A stretch of DNA of 64,000 bases from Nitrosopumilus sp. (GTDB taxonomy: Archaea > Thermoproteota > Nitrososphaeria > Nitrososphaerales > Nitrosopumilaceae), in NCBI GenBank assembly GCA_965197525.1, contig OZ240211.1:1504001-1568000 (forward strand). The letters run 5' to 3'. A model generated the notes under the pieces. It made no database searches. It saw only the letters and a program-made list of their open reading frames with translations, and was not told the DNA's origin. The position numbers and the translations under genes are program-made. Below, piece by piece: positions 31,570 through 42,603 of the stretch (position 1 is the first letter of the stretch; each line of letters opens with the position of its first letter).

Positions 31570-32661
31570 ATGGATAAGAGAATTCAGGTTGCAGTTGTTG
31601 TAGTTGCAGTCGTGTTTGCAGCACTAGTCTTGTCATCACCTGATGATCCCATTCCAATACCAAAACCCTACCCTGACTCTGAAAATGATTTCGTAAATAT
31701 TGTAGCTGAAAATTTAGACAAGCCTCGTGCTATTGCAATCTCTGATGATAGAATATTTGTCACAGAAAAAGACGGATTCATTAGAGTAATACATAATGGT
31801 ACCATGCTTGAATCCCCACTAGCCGTCTTGCGTCCTGCAAACGTCTTTGATGGCGGGTTGTTGGGCATTACACTGCATCCGGATTTCTCCACCAATCACA
31901 TTTTGTATGTATTTTTAACTTATAATGAGGATGGTACATTGTGGAATAAGATCTTGAAGATAACTGAATCTGAAAACAAACTACAAAGTGCAGAGACTAT
32001 CTTTGATAAAATTCCCGGATCGTCTTTTACAAATGGAGGTTTTATTAAATTCGGACCTGATGAAAAATTGTACATCGGTACTGGTACTGTGTCTGAGGCA
32101 TCTCATCTACCTCAAGATCTTGATTCTCTAGCTGGAAAAATTTTGAGATTAAATGATGATGGTAGCATACCTGATGACAATCCATTTACGGATTCACCTG
32201 TATACTCTTTGGGGCACCGAAATCCACAAGGAATGACTTGGAATGATGCAGGAGATATGTTTGTAGCCGAGTCTGGTCCTGAGAAGAATGATGAGATTAA
32301 TTTGATTAAACCTGGAAAAAATTATGGATGGCCTGAGCAAGAGTGTTCTGGCAGTGCAGATTTTGAGGACGCGATACTTTGCTATGATCCAAGTATAGAA
32401 CCTGGAGGTATCCTGTTTTATTCAGGAGATTCAATTGATCTCAAATCCTCATTTGTAATGGCATCACTGCGAGCGTTTAATCTATACCAACTAGATTTTG
32501 AGGAGGGACTAAGTTCTCAAAAATCCATTCTAAGCGGGATAGGGCGTATTCGTGATGTTGCACAAGGTGTTGACGGCAGTCTTTATGTTATTACTTCAAA
32601 TACTGATGGGAAAGGTTTTCCTGATAGTACTGATGATAAACTGTTGAAGATAATACAATAA
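31570..32661 (+). CDS. Membrane-anchored PQQ-dependent glucose/sorbosone dehydrogenase (GSDH) family beta-propeller
   Basis: GGLLGITLHPDF, GGFIKFGPDEKLY, LAGKILR, GHRNPQG, DEIN, NYGWP, GRIRDV. Confidence 0.93.
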   Translation: MDKRIQVAVVVVAVVFAALVLSSPDDPIPIPKPYPDSENDFVNIVAENLDKPRAIAISDDRIFVTEKDGFIRVIHNGTMLESPLAVLRPANVFDGGLLGITLHPDFSTNHILYVFLTYNEDGTLWNKILKITESENKLQSAETIFDKIPGSSFTNGGFIKFGPDEKLYIGTGTVSEASHLPQDLDSLAGKILRLNDDGSIPDDNPFTDSPVYSLGHRNPQGMTWNDAGDMFVAESGPEKNDEINLIKPGKNYGWPEQECSGSADFEDAILCYDPSIEPGGILFYSGDSIDLKSSFVMASLRAFNLYQLDFEEGLSSQKSILSGIGRIRDVAQGVDGSLYVITSNTDGKGFPDSTDDKLLKIIQ

Positions 32662-32878
32662 CGTCTGACTTGTAAGTCTTGAAACTCTGAGAAATAAAGA
32701 GAGATGGTACACTGGTATCAGTTGCCGATTTTACTCATCTGTCTCAGGGTGACTTGGTTATCTTGCAATATGGTATAGCGGAACCTAAAGAAGGAAACAT
32801 ATCACTTTCTAGAGTAGAAGAGTTAGCTGGGCAGATTTAAACATGCGATTATATACCTAAAAAGTGAAAAGATTAAAA

Positions 32879-33856
32879 ATGTCTGAAATAAAATTTGCAA
32901 TTCCCAAAGGAAGTTTGGAGGAGGCTACTTTCAAGATATTAGAAAAGTCTTGGACTAGAGTTAATCGCAAGAGCAGAACGTATAGAGTTTATCTTGATGA
33001 TCCAAAAATTCTTGTCAAAATGCTTCGTCCTCAAGAGATTCCAATCTTGGTTGCAGAGGGCCTATACGATGTGGGTATTACCGGCAAGGATTGGGTCGGT
33101 GAGACAAATTCAGATGTTGAACCCATCTTAGATTTAGAGTATGGTAAAATTAAACTAGTTGTTGCATTCCCTGATAAATATCGGTACAAAAATCTCGACG
33201 AGATGATTGCAGACTATGCTATAAAGAAGAAGACGCTTCGTATCTCTTCTGAGTATCTTACCACTGCATCAAAATTTCTAAAACAATCTACATCTTACAA
33301 AAAATACTATGGGACTACTGATCCATTAATTGTAACACCCTGGGTTAGATTAGGCAATAACAAAAATGTACAAATTCATCTCTCATTTGGAGCAACAGAA
33401 GCCAAACCCCCAGAAGACGTTGACGCAATAATGGATGTTACTGAAACTGGTACAACACTTAGACAAAACAAACTAAAAATTGTCGATAAAGTACTTACAT
33501 CCACTGCACATTTGATAATAAATAAAAGATCACTAAAAGATCCCAAAAAACGTGAAAAGATATTCGATATTGTAACTCTTATGCGGGGCGCTGTTCATGG
33601 AAGAAAACATTTACACATTTATCTAAATGTTGAAGAAAAAAATCTCAAAAAACTTCTCGCTCAGATGCCTTCTCTGAAGAAACCTACCATATCTCCATTA
33701 AGCGAAGAGGGCTGGTTTGGTGTCAACGCTATTATTAAAAAAGAAGAGTTCCACAAACTTATCCCTAAACTCAGACAAGTTGCTCAAGGTCTAGTAGTTC
33801 ATGAACCAAGGCAAATACTGGATCTTGAGGAGATAAAACGTGATGAAGAGAATTGA
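32879..33856 (+). CDS. hisG: ATP phosphoribosyltransferase
   Basis: AIPKGSL, RPQEIP, GITGKDW, GATEAKP, DVTETGTTL. Confidence 0.96.
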   Translation: MSEIKFAIPKGSLEEATFKILEKSWTRVNRKSRTYRVYLDDPKILVKMLRPQEIPILVAEGLYDVGITGKDWVGETNSDVEPILDLEYGKIKLVVAFPDKYRYKNLDEMIADYAIKKKTLRISSEYLTTASKFLKQSTSYKKYYGTTDPLIVTPWVRLGNNKNVQIHLSFGATEAKPPEDVDAIMDVTETGTTLRQNKLKIVDKVLTSTAHLIINKRSLKDPKKREKIFDIVTLMRGAVHGRKHLHIYLNVEEKNLKKLLAQMPSLKKPTISPLSEEGWFGVNAIIKKEEFHKLIPKLRQVAQGLVVHEPRQILDLEEIKRDEEN

Positions 33857-35139
33857 TACGTACAATTACTGTAACTAGTGTTGAAAAGTTTGTAGAAAAA
33901 ACTCTCTCAAAGTCTTCTTCTATCTCTCCAGATACCAAAGCCCTAGTTGAATCAATTATACGGGATATTAAAAAAAATGGAGATATTGCAGTTAAAAAAT
34001 ACGAAAAAAAATTTACAGGTGCCAATATCCGCTCGTTACGCGTTTCTCAAACGGAGATAAAAAATGCATACTCTAAAATCTCAAAATCAGAGATTGCAGC
34101 ATTACATTTAGCAAAAGATCGGCTCACAAATACAGAGATCGTCATAAAATCTCTGCTAAAAGACAGGATGATTAATAACGATAGCGGAATACAGATATCT
34201 AAAAAATTCATTCCGATTCAAAGTGTAGGCTGTTATGTTCCGGGTGGCTTGGCACGATATCCTAGCTCTGCTATAATGTCTGTTGTTCCTGCAAAAATTG
34301 CTGGCGTGCCAAGAATCGTTGTTGTATCGCCACCTGACTCTGACGGAAACATAAATCCATTAACAGTTGTTGCAGCAGATATCTGTGGTGCAACAGAGGT
34401 ATACAAGACTGGCGGTGCACAGTCAATTGCTGCGTTGTCGTATGGTACAAAGTGCATCACACGAGTTGACAAGATAGTAGGTCCGGGCAGCGCAGTTGTA
34501 TCCATGGCAAAATCTTTGTCAAGTGAGAATACCGGAATTGATATGCATGCTGGTCCTACTGAACTGGGAATTATCGCAGATAGCTCTGCCAATCCAAAAT
34601 TTGTAGCATTAGATCTAATCTCACAGGCAGAGCATAGTAGTGATACGGTATGCTATTTGATTACAACATCAAAAAGACTTGCAAAAGCAGTTGACAACTA
34701 TCTCGACAAGTTAGTTCCCCAAGTTCAAAGAAACGATCTTGTTGAATCCAGCCTAAAAAATAATGGATTTATTGCTATCTGTAAGACTCGTTCTGATGTA
34801 ATCTCGCTTGTCAATCGTCTGGCACCAGAACACCTGGAGATAATGACTCGAGATCCTGAATCACTGTCATCGAAAATTTATTCTCCCGGACTAGTCTTAC
34901 TAGGTGATCATACTCCCTCGTCTGTATCTGATTATATTTTGGGATCAAACCACATACTGCCTACTGGTGGATTTGGCAAGATTCGAGGCTCGCTTTCTAT
35001 TTTAGATTTTCTAAAGGTGCACACTACAGTTACATCATCCAAAAAATCGCTATCCCGAATTTCAGAGCCTCTTTACATTTTGACTCAAGCTGAAGAACTT
35101 CCAAACCATTATCAAGCACTTAGGGGGAGATTAGAATGA
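33853..35139 (+). CDS. hisD: Histidinol dehydrogenase
   Basis: GCYVPGG, GGAQSIAA, KIVGPG, AGPTE, SQAEH, APEHLE, GSNHILPT. Confidence 0.96.
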   Translation: MIRTITVTSVEKFVEKTLSKSSSISPDTKALVESIIRDIKKNGDIAVKKYEKKFTGANIRSLRVSQTEIKNAYSKISKSEIAALHLAKDRLTNTEIVIKSLLKDRMINNDSGIQISKKFIPIQSVGCYVPGGLARYPSSAIMSVVPAKIAGVPRIVVVSPPDSDGNINPLTVVAADICGATEVYKTGGAQSIAALSYGTKCITRVDKIVGPGSAVVSMAKSLSSENTGIDMHAGPTELGIIADSSANPKFVALDLISQAEHSSDTVCYLITTSKRLAKAVDNYLDKLVPQVQRNDLVESSLKNNGFIAICKTRSDVISLVNRLAPEHLEIMTRDPESLSSKIYSPGLVLLGDHTPSSVSDYILGSNHILPTGGFGKIRGSLSILDFLKVHTTVTSSKKSLSRISEPLYILTQAEELPNHYQALRGRLE

Positions 35140-36230
35140 AGACGAAGAAGAAGACGAAGAAGAATAATGATTGGCTTGATGAAAAACTAAAACGATTTTC
35201 TGAACTTGGCGGTTATCAAAAACCTGAACTCGTTTTAGATTCAATGAAGCTTGATTCAAACGAAAATTATGCCATACCAAAACAATTTCAAAATGATATA
35301 CTATCTACTGCAAAAAAAAGTTCTGATATTCGCGCATATCCACTTGGTAGAATAGAGCAGCTAACTGCAGCAATAGCTAAATTTGTTCAGGTACCTTCAT
35401 CAATGATTGGCGTAGGCAACGGTTCTGATCAAATTTTAGATCTTATTTTGCTACATTTTGCATCAAGAAAGACCAAAATTCTTACATGTAATCCAACATT
35501 TGGGTTTTTTGAACAGCGCTGTAAATTGTACGGCATCCCGCTAATTGCTATTGCATTTTCTGACGATATGACGTTAAATGTCAAAGAGTTTTTAAAACAA
35601 TCTGGTAATGCAGACATTCTTTATCTTGATTCTCCAAACAATCCTACAGGATTCCAATTCTCAAAGAACGAACTACGAAGACTTGTAAAGGCCTTTAACG
35701 GTCTTGTGATAATTGATGAAGCTTATGGGGAGTTTAGTGATTATTCTCTTTTAGGCATGACTAAAACCCTGAAAAATCTTATAGTTGTTCGAACCGTGTC
35801 AAAATCGTTTGGTCTGGCAGGCTTGAGGCTGGGATACTTTATTGCAAACAAGAGATTTACTAGCATCTTTATGGATGTCTTACAGTATCCGTATCCTCTA
35901 AGTGCCATTACTATAGAATCTGGAATTGAGGCTCTAAAGAAATCAAACACTGTGAAAGACGCAGTAGGTTTAATCAAAACTGAGCGCGAACGAATCATTA
36001 CAACTTTACGACAATACGATACTTTTGAGGTATTTGACTCTACAGCTAATTTTGTACTCTTTGATGCTTGTGGTTACTATCAACGCGTCTATTCTGCATT
36101 ATCAGAACAAGGAATCTTGATTCGTAAACTAGGCAAGATTGGAAGTCATAAAGGGTGTCTCAGAGTCACCGTCGGAACTAAGGAGATGAATTCTAAATTC
36201 TTATTGGCCATTCGCGATTTATTGGTATGA
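35136..36230 (+). CDS. hisC: Histidinol-phosphate aminotransferase
   Basis: GNGSD, SPNNPTG, DEAY, RTVSKSFGLAGLRLG, LRVTVG. Confidence 0.95.
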   Translation: MKTKKKTKKNNDWLDEKLKRFSELGGYQKPELVLDSMKLDSNENYAIPKQFQNDILSTAKKSSDIRAYPLGRIEQLTAAIAKFVQVPSSMIGVGNGSDQILDLILLHFASRKTKILTCNPTFGFFEQRCKLYGIPLIAIAFSDDMTLNVKEFLKQSGNADILYLDSPNNPTGFQFSKNELRRLVKAFNGLVIIDEAYGEFSDYSLLGMTKTLKNLIVVRTVSKSFGLAGLRLGYFIANKRFTSIFMDVLQYPYPLSAITIESGIEALKKSNTVKDAVGLIKTERERIITTLRQYDTFEVFDSTANFVLFDACGYYQRVYSALSEQGILIRKLGKIGSHKGCLRVTVGTKEMNSKFLLAIRDLLV

Positions 36231-37201
36231 CTTTGCAGGAAAAATTCAAAGGAGTTTACGTTGATGATTCTAAAATCAATATTCTAAATAAAGTTGATTC
36301 CATAATCTTTGATTGCGATGGGGTTTTAATTGATGTTACTAAATCATACGATCAAACAATTGCTAAAACAGTCCAATACATATTGAAAAATTTTGCAAAC
36401 ATTAATGATGCAATAAATGTAGATTTTAAAATTATTGATGGATTCAAATCCACTGGCGGATTTAACGATGAAGTGGATTTGACTTATGCCGTCATACTGT
36501 CTTTAGTTGCTGCAAAAACATTGCAAAGAGATCAAACAAGTTTTATATTTGATGTTATAGACAATGCGGATTCTAATGGCATTACTACTGTTGAGCGTTA
36601 TATTGAAGATTTAGTTGATATATCTGACATTAAACAAAAACTATCATATCCTGATACACATAAACAAAATCCGTTATCATCTATATTTGATCAGCTCTTT
36701 TACGGTCCTGAATTATATCAGGAATTATTTAAAAAACCATCTAATTTTTCAGAGCTGGGATTAATTACACAAGATAATGTTATTTTAAACGATTCACTTG
36801 TTGCACAATTACGAAAAAAATTTAAATCAAAAATTGCCATGGTCACCGGTAGGGGCAACATGTCTGCAAGCTATTCGTTAAAGACATTATTTTCAGAGTT
36901 TGATCTTGACCATTCAGTGTTTCTTGAGGATGAGCCAAGAGCGATGGCAAAACCCAACCCTCAAGCATTATTGAACTGTATCCGAGGATTAAATAGTACT
37001 CTTGCCCTTTATCTTGGAGATTCAATGGAAGATTTCATTATGGCAAAAAAGGTAACAACACTAGGCTGTAATACTGTATTTTGTGGAATTATCGGCACAA
37101 GTCAGGATCCACAGGCAAAACTAGAGCTATTTGAGCAAAATGATGCTATTTTAGCATTGGATTCGATTCATTTACTACCAAAGGTATTAAATTTAGAGTG
37201 A
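36227..37201 (+). CDS. HAD-family hydrolase within the his operon (candidate histidinol phosphatase)
   Basis: FDCDGVLID, VTGR, KPNP, YLGDSMED; function inferred from operon position. Confidence 0.85.
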   Translation: MTLQEKFKGVYVDDSKINILNKVDSIIFDCDGVLIDVTKSYDQTIAKTVQYILKNFANINDAINVDFKIIDGFKSTGGFNDEVDLTYAVILSLVAAKTLQRDQTSFIFDVIDNADSNGITTVERYIEDLVDISDIKQKLSYPDTHKQNPLSSIFDQLFYGPELYQELFKKPSNFSELGLITQDNVILNDSLVAQLRKKFKSKIAMVTGRGNMSASYSLKTLFSEFDLDHSVFLEDEPRAMAKPNPQALLNCIRGLNSTLALYLGDSMEDFIMAKKVTTLGCNTVFCGIIGTSQDPQAKLELFEQNDAILALDSIHLLPKVLNLE

Positions 37202-37224
37202 TGATGATACAGATTAGATAATCT

Positions 37225-37824
37225 GTGAGAAATATGGCACTGGCAAGAAAGGCATCATCTAAACGAGACACAAAAGAGACTAGCATCAAAGTGTCTGTAA
37301 ATTTAGATGGTACAGGGCAGGTAAAAGTCAAGACCGGGATAGACTTTCTTGATCACTTGATTACGTCTTTTGGAAAACACGCCATGTTGGATCTTGTAGT
37401 CGATGCCAAGTCAAATGACCGTATTGCACACCATTTGATAGAAGATACTGCAATTACACTTGGCCAAACAATTGACAAGGCATTAAGCTCTAGAAAAAAC
37501 ATTACAAGATTTAGCTATGCCTCTGTCCCAATGGATGAATCGCTTGCAGAAGCTTCAGTTGATCTGGTAAGACGTCCATTCTGGAAACTGACTCTATTAA
37601 TTAAACAAAATAAAATTGAGGATGTCGCACAAGAAGATCTTGAACACTTTTTCCAATCACTACTCCAAAATCTTAACAGCTGTATTCATCTTACTGTAAA
37701 GTATGGAGATAATGATCATCACAAAGTGGAAGCTGCAATAAAATCACTAGCAGTTGCATTTAGATACGCATCAACAAAAGATAAAAAACAGAAAGGTGTT
37801 CCAAGTACAAAAGGTTCTATGTAA
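37225..37824 (+). CDS. hisB: Imidazoleglycerol-phosphate dehydratase
   Basis: [35 protein letters not shown]. Confidence 0.96.
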   Translation: MRNMALARKASSKRDTKETSIKVSVNLDGTGQVKVKTGIDFLDHLITSFGKHAMLDLVVDAKSNDRIAHHLIEDTAITLGQTIDKALSSRKNITRFSYASVPMDESLAEASVDLVRRPFWKLTLLIKQNKIEDVAQEDLEHFFQSLLQNLNSCIHLTVKYGDNDHHKVEAAIKSLAVAFRYASTKDKKQKGVPSTKGSM

Positions 37825-38429
37825 TGACCAAGGTTGCAATTTTTGACTATGGTGCTGGAAATATCTTTAGTCTGAAAAACTCACTTCAAAAATCAGGTGC
37901 AACAGTAGACGTGATTACCAACTTTGATAAACCTAACGTATATTCTGGTCTGTTGTTGCCAGGTGTTGGCAACTTTGATCCTGCAATCCATAGCATAAGA
38001 AATCTCTCCAAAATTCAGTTTCATGAATATGCAAATGATATCCCTGTATTCGGAATATGTCTTGGGATGGAGATGTTCTTTGGAAAAAGCCAAGAGGGTA
38101 ATCTGTCAGGATTAGATGTAATTAATGGTGAGGTAGTAATACTTCCATCCTCTATGAAAGTGCCTCATATGGGGTGGAACAGTCTTGAGATAAGAGAATC
38201 CGGAAAAATTCTTCAAGACGTTCCTGATGACTCTTGGGTGTATTTTGTCCATTCATACATGGCAAAACCTACATCTGATGATGTCATTACTGCCAAATCC
38301 GACTATGGAATCAAGATTCCTGCAGTTGTCGAGTACAAAAATTTCTTTGGAACCCAGTTCCATCCTGAGAAATCAGGCACAATTGGCAAAACCATGATAA
38401 AGAATTTTCTCAAAGAGTGTCAAAAATGA
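37824..38429 (+). CDS. hisH: Imidazole glycerol phosphate synthase, glutamine amidotransferase subunit
   Basis: DYGAGN, PGVGNF, GICLGM, PHMGWN, YFVHSY, TQFHPEKS. Confidence 0.96.
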   Translation: MTKVAIFDYGAGNIFSLKNSLQKSGATVDVITNFDKPNVYSGLLLPGVGNFDPAIHSIRNLSKIQFHEYANDIPVFGICLGMEMFFGKSQEGNLSGLDVINGEVVILPSSMKVPHMGWNSLEIRESGKILQDVPDDSWVYFVHSYMAKPTSDDVITAKSDYGIKIPAVVEYKNFFGTQFHPEKSGTIGKTMIKNFLKECQK

Positions 38430-39133
38430 AAGTAATTCCTGCCATTGATCTAATGGATAACCAAGTGGTTAGACTGTACAAAGGCGATCCCAACAAAAAG
38501 ACCGTATACAGTAGCAAGCCAGTTGATACTGCAAAACAATGGGAGTCTGACGGTGCAGATATGCTCCATTTAGTAGATCTTGACGCTACATTGGGGCGTG
38601 GCTCAAATCTTGATACTATTCAAGAGATTGCCTCTTCTGTATCAATTCCTATCCAAGTTGCAGGAGGATTAAGAGACGAATCCCTTGTCATGACAGTATC
38701 TGAATTTTCTCCACGACTTGTACTGGGAACCATGGCCTTTAAAGACAAGCCACTTTTAAAATCACTGCTATCTAAACTAGGTCCAGAAAAAATTGTGATA
38801 TCAGCTGATCATGTAGATGGACATATTGTAATTAATGGATGGCAAAAAAACACAGAAATACCTTTAATCCCTGCAGTTAAGGAATTTCTTGATATGGGAT
38901 TTACTGAATTTCTGTTAACTGATGTTAGTCGTGATGGAACACTTTGTGGACCTGATCTAAACTTCTTAGCCGAGGCATGCGCATTACCTAAATCAAATGT
39001 AATTGCAAGTGGCGGCATATCAAATTCCAATGACATTAAAAATGTCAGAGAGCAAGATGCATTTGGTGTCATTTTAGGAAAGGCCCTATATGAGAATAAA
39101 ATTTCGATTGGAGATGCAAAAAAACTATCATGA
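38426..39133 (+). CDS. hisA: ProFAR isomerase
   Basis: IPAIDL, HLVDLDA, QVAGGLR, TDVSRDGT, ASGG, GKALY. Confidence 0.96.
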   Translation: MKVIPAIDLMDNQVVRLYKGDPNKKTVYSSKPVDTAKQWESDGADMLHLVDLDATLGRGSNLDTIQEIASSVSIPIQVAGGLRDESLVMTVSEFSPRLVLGTMAFKDKPLLKSLLSKLGPEKIVISADHVDGHIVINGWQKNTEIPLIPAVKEFLDMGFTEFLLTDVSRDGTLCGPDLNFLAEACALPKSNVIASGGISNSNDIKNVREQDAFGVILGKALYENKISIGDAKKLS

Positions 39134-39933
39134 CGTTAACTAAGAGAATAATTCCTTGTTTGGATGTTAAAAATGGCCGTGTAGTAAAGGGATTGAATTT
39201 TGAATCAATCAAAGACGCAGGCGATCCTGTAGAACTGGCAGAAAAATACAGCAATGAGGGTGCTGACGAACTAGTCTTTTTAGACATTACAGCATCTGAT
39301 GAACAACGTGTGACTATCACAGAACTAGTCAGACAAGTGGCATCCGTAATTGATATCCCGTTTACCGTGGGTGGTGGCATCCGTTCCCTGGAGGATGCAA
39401 GAAATATCCTACTCTCTGGCGCAGATAAAGTCGGAATTAACACTGCTGCAATAAAAACCCCTCATGTCATTACAGAGCTCATGAAATTATTTGGTCGTCA
39501 GTGTATTGTGGTTGCAATTGATGCAAAAAGAAATTACAACATTGACAATACAAAAAATCTTTTTAGTTTATCTGGGAAGAAATTCTGGTTTGAAGTTTTT
39601 ATTTATGGTGGAAAAAAAGGAACTGGAACTGATGCAATTGCTTGGGCAAAAGACGCAGAAGAGTTAGGTGCAGGAGAGATTCTCCTTACCAGTATTGATA
39701 GGGATGGAACAAAAGATGGTTATGACACCCTACTGACCCGGACTGTTGTTGATGCAGTCTCTATTCCTGTTATTGCATCAGGTGGATGTGGGACACCAAA
39801 CGATATGGTCAATATATTTAAAGAATCAGATGTAGATGCAGCCCTTGCGGCCTCTATATTTCACTATGATACACATGGCATACGGACTGTCAAATCATTT
39901 TTGAAGAGTAAAGGCGTTCCTGTACGATTATAA
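39130..39933 (+). CDS. hisF: Imidazole glycerol phosphate synthase, cyclase subunit
   Basis: [49 protein letters not shown]. Confidence 0.97.
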   Translation: MTLTKRIIPCLDVKNGRVVKGLNFESIKDAGDPVELAEKYSNEGADELVFLDITASDEQRVTITELVRQVASVIDIPFTVGGGIRSLEDARNILLSGADKVGINTAAIKTPHVITELMKLFGRQCIVVAIDAKRNYNIDNTKNLFSLSGKKFWFEVFIYGGKKGTGTDAIAWAKDAEELGAGEILLTSIDRDGTKDGYDTLLTRTVVDAVSIPVIASGGCGTPNDMVNIFKESDVDAALAASIFHYDTHGIRTVKSFLKSKGVPVRL

Positions 39934-39956
39934 TAGATACTTTATGCTATTCCACC

Positions 39957-40286
39957 ATGGAAAAAACCATCGATGATATTGATTTTGAAAAAAGCGGCGG
40001 TCTTGTTCCAGTCATTGTTCAGGATGCCGCTACAAAAGATGTTCTTACCTTGGCATATGCAAACAAGGAAGCGCTCAATCTTGCTCAAAAATCTGGGAAT
40101 TCTTGGTTTTGGAGCAGATCTAGAGACAAACTTTGGATGAAGGGAGAAGAGTCTGGAAACACTCAAAGGATTAAAGAGATTCGAGTTGATTGCGATCTTG
40201 ATGCTATAATATATCTTGTTGAACCATCAGGACCTGCATGTCATTTGGGTAAACGTGTATGTTTTCATAATTCGTTAGAAAAATAA
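39957..40286 (+). CDS. hisI: Phosphoribosyl-AMP cyclohydrolase
   Basis: WSRSR..LWMKGEESGN.Q, DCDLDA, GPACH...CF. Confidence 0.96.
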   Translation: MEKTIDDIDFEKSGGLVPVIVQDAATKDVLTLAYANKEALNLAQKSGNSWFWSRSRDKLWMKGEESGNTQRIKEIRVDCDLDAIIYLVEPSGPACHLGKRVCFHNSLEK

Positions 40287-40291
40287 TTTTA

Positions 40292-40855
40292 CTAGCATAC
40301 TGGCATATATTCTTCTTCATCACCTGGAAGAATCTCGCTTGTAATCTTAAACTCTAAACTGGGATAACTTGTACCTCTAAACACAACTTGCCAATCTCCA
40401 ACAAACGCATCTATTGTACAATAATCTTCAATTGCCGAAAGCTGTGGTTGTAGATAATAGTTGAAATCTGGTCTATCTGAACCATCAAATGGAATAGTTA
40501 GATACACAGATTTGTGTGTGTCATTTAACGGTCTGAGAAACGCTATCTGACCTTTTTCATCTAATTGCAGATTACCGATTCTGACAAAAATTTTCTCTCC
40601 TATTATATATTCACTCCTATCAACTTGGAAGGGTCCTGACGTTATCCATTCTCTCTTTTTAGGTGTATATGTATTTTTGACATCCGTACCGTTAATGTCG
40701 TTGGTTTTATTTTCTATTTTCGGTACTTCTTTTTTGTCAATTCCATCTGTTGTGTCAAATCCTTGAGTAGATATGATTATTATTATTCCAATTACAATAA
40801 CTATGCCAATGCCTATTGGAATCAAGATTTTGCTGTTCACATTTTTCTTTGTCAT
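40292..40855 (-). CDS. Hypothetical protein with N-terminal membrane anchor
   Basis: 187 aa ORF with the hydrophobic segment ILIPIGIGIVIVIGIIIII. Confidence 0.8.
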   Translation of the reverse strand: MTKKNVNSKILIPIGIGIVIVIGIIIIISTQGFDTTDGIDKKEVPKIENKTNDINGTDVKNTYTPKKREWITSGPFQVDRSEYIIGEKIFVRIGNLQLDEKGQIAFLRPLNDTHKSVYLTIPFDGSDRPDFNYYLQPQLSAIEDYCTIDAFVGDWQVVFRGTSYPSLEFKITSEILPGDEEEYMPVC

Positions 40856-41388
40856 GGTAATAACTAAAAATCTTTCTCAAAATTAACAAATTGTGTAGTG
40901 CCAAATATCGTAATTTTAGTCAGTGCCAAAATATTCTTTTAACTAGTCTACTATCATATTTTTATCACAATTACTTTTTTTTATCTTTAGTTTGATGATA
41001 TATTGCAGCATCATAATATTTCAGATGATGTGTTGAATCTGTTAGTGATACAGAACCATTTGTATCTCTCTAACTATTTGTTACCATCATGTATTCCAAC
41101 TACATGTTCGTCTAGTAACAAAATTACAATATCTGCCGTCTTTGTATCTAGTCGACAGACAGGTGTCTGAATATTACTTTAACTCATAGTAGTTCTCAGT
41201 ATCGCCTCTTTTTGAATAATTTAGTATAATATTTTGATCTTTCATAATTTTTTTCACTAAATTTTATTTTTTTAACAATTTTTTCTTTCAGATCTCTCTT
41301 TCTTACTATATTTTTTCCCTGTAAAAATTAAGTATTGCTTAGCTTGATATTAGGATTTTTTATCTATACCATAACGGAAGGAAGAACA

Positions 41389-42603
41389 TTGACTAGAATA
41401 TCATTACAGTGCAGAGAATGTAAACGAGAGTACGAATCTACGTTCAAGTATATCTGTGATGACTGTTTTGGTCCCCTAGATGTAAAGTATGACTTTCCAT
41501 CCATTACCAAGGATACGTTTACTGGTCGTGAGAATACATACTGGAGATACTTTGAGTTACTGCCAATAGAGAATAAATCAAATATTATCAGTATTGGCAC
41601 TGGAATGACTCCGTTAACTAAAGCAGACAAACTAGGAGAGCAATTAGGACTGAAAAACCTCTATATCAAAAACGACTCTGTAAATCCTACATTTTCATTT
41701 AAAGATAGACCTGCAGGAGTTGCAGTATCCAAAGCAAAAGAATTTGGTCTACCTGCAGTTGGATGTGCATCAACTGGAAATCTGGCATCAGCTACTGCAG
41801 CTCATGCAGCCAAAGGCAGATTTCCTTGTCACATATTTGCCCCCAGTGATATCGAAATGGCAAAGATTACTCAAGCCTTGTCGTATGGTGGAAATTATGT
41901 AGCAGTTAAAGGAACATATGATGATGCGAATAGAATAGCTGCACAAATTGGTGATAGTCGTGGTTTTGGTATTGTAAATATTAATTTACGCTCTTATTAT
42001 GTTGAGGGCTCGAAAACTTTTTCATACGAGGTAGCCGAACAGCTTGACTGGCAAGTTCCTGATCAGCTGATAGTACCTGTTGGCAGTGGAGCAATGCTAA
42101 ATGCAATATGTAAAGGATTCGAAGAGTTACAAACTGTATCATTACTTGATGATGTTTCAAACATGCACATGATAGCTGCACAGGCACATGGATGCGCACC
42201 AGTGGTTGATGCATTTAAGAAAAATAGCAACGAGGTCATTCCAGTTGAGAATCCTGATACTGTTGCAAAAAGTTTAGCCATTGGTGATCCAGGCGATGGG
42301 AGATATGTTTTAAAGCGTCTAGCTCAATACAATGGTTTTGCTGAAGAATCAAACAATCAGGAGATTCTTGATGCAATACTCTTACTTGCAAAAACTGAGG
42401 GAATATTCACAGAACCTGCAGGTGGCGTAGCAGTGGCTGTTCTTAAAAAAATGGTAGAACAAGGAAAGATTGATTCAAATGAGAAAGTTGTATGCTACAT
42501 TACTGGTAATGGTCTAAAGGCAACTGATTCAATCATGAGCGTTCTAAGTAAACCAACATCGATGAATGCAGATATTAAAGAAATATCGGCGGTGGTTAAT
42601 TAA
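41389..42603 (+). CDS. thrC: Threonine synthase (PLP fold II, N-terminal Zn ribbon)
   Basis: CRECK..CDDC, GMTPL, NPTFSFKDR, ASTGN, PVGSG, EGIFTEPA, TGNGLK; probable TTG start at 41389. Confidence 0.93.
   Translation: MTRISLQCRECKREYESTFKYICDDCFGPLDVKYDFPSITKDTFTGRENTYWRYFELLPIENKSNIISIGTGMTPLTKADKLGEQLGLKNLYIKNDSVNPTFSFKDRPAGVAVSKAKEFGLPAVGCASTGNLASATAAHAAKGRFPCHIFAPSDIEMAKITQALSYGGNYVAVKGTYDDANRIAAQIGDSRGFGIVNINLRSYYVEGSKTFSYEVAEQLDWQVPDQLIVPVGSGAMLNAICKGFEELQTVSLLDDVSNMHMIAAQAHGCAPVVDAFKKNSNEVIPVENPDTVAKSLAIGDPGDGRYVLKRLAQYNGFAEESNNQEILDAILLLAKTEGIFTEPAGGVAVAVLKKMVEQGKIDSNEKVVCYITGNGLKATDSIMSVLSKPTSMNADIKEISAVVN

Noticed and set aside
40952-40966. 15-mer TATCATATTTTTATC repeated at 50412-50426
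   Set aside because: Very AT-rich, two copies only and no consistent gene context.
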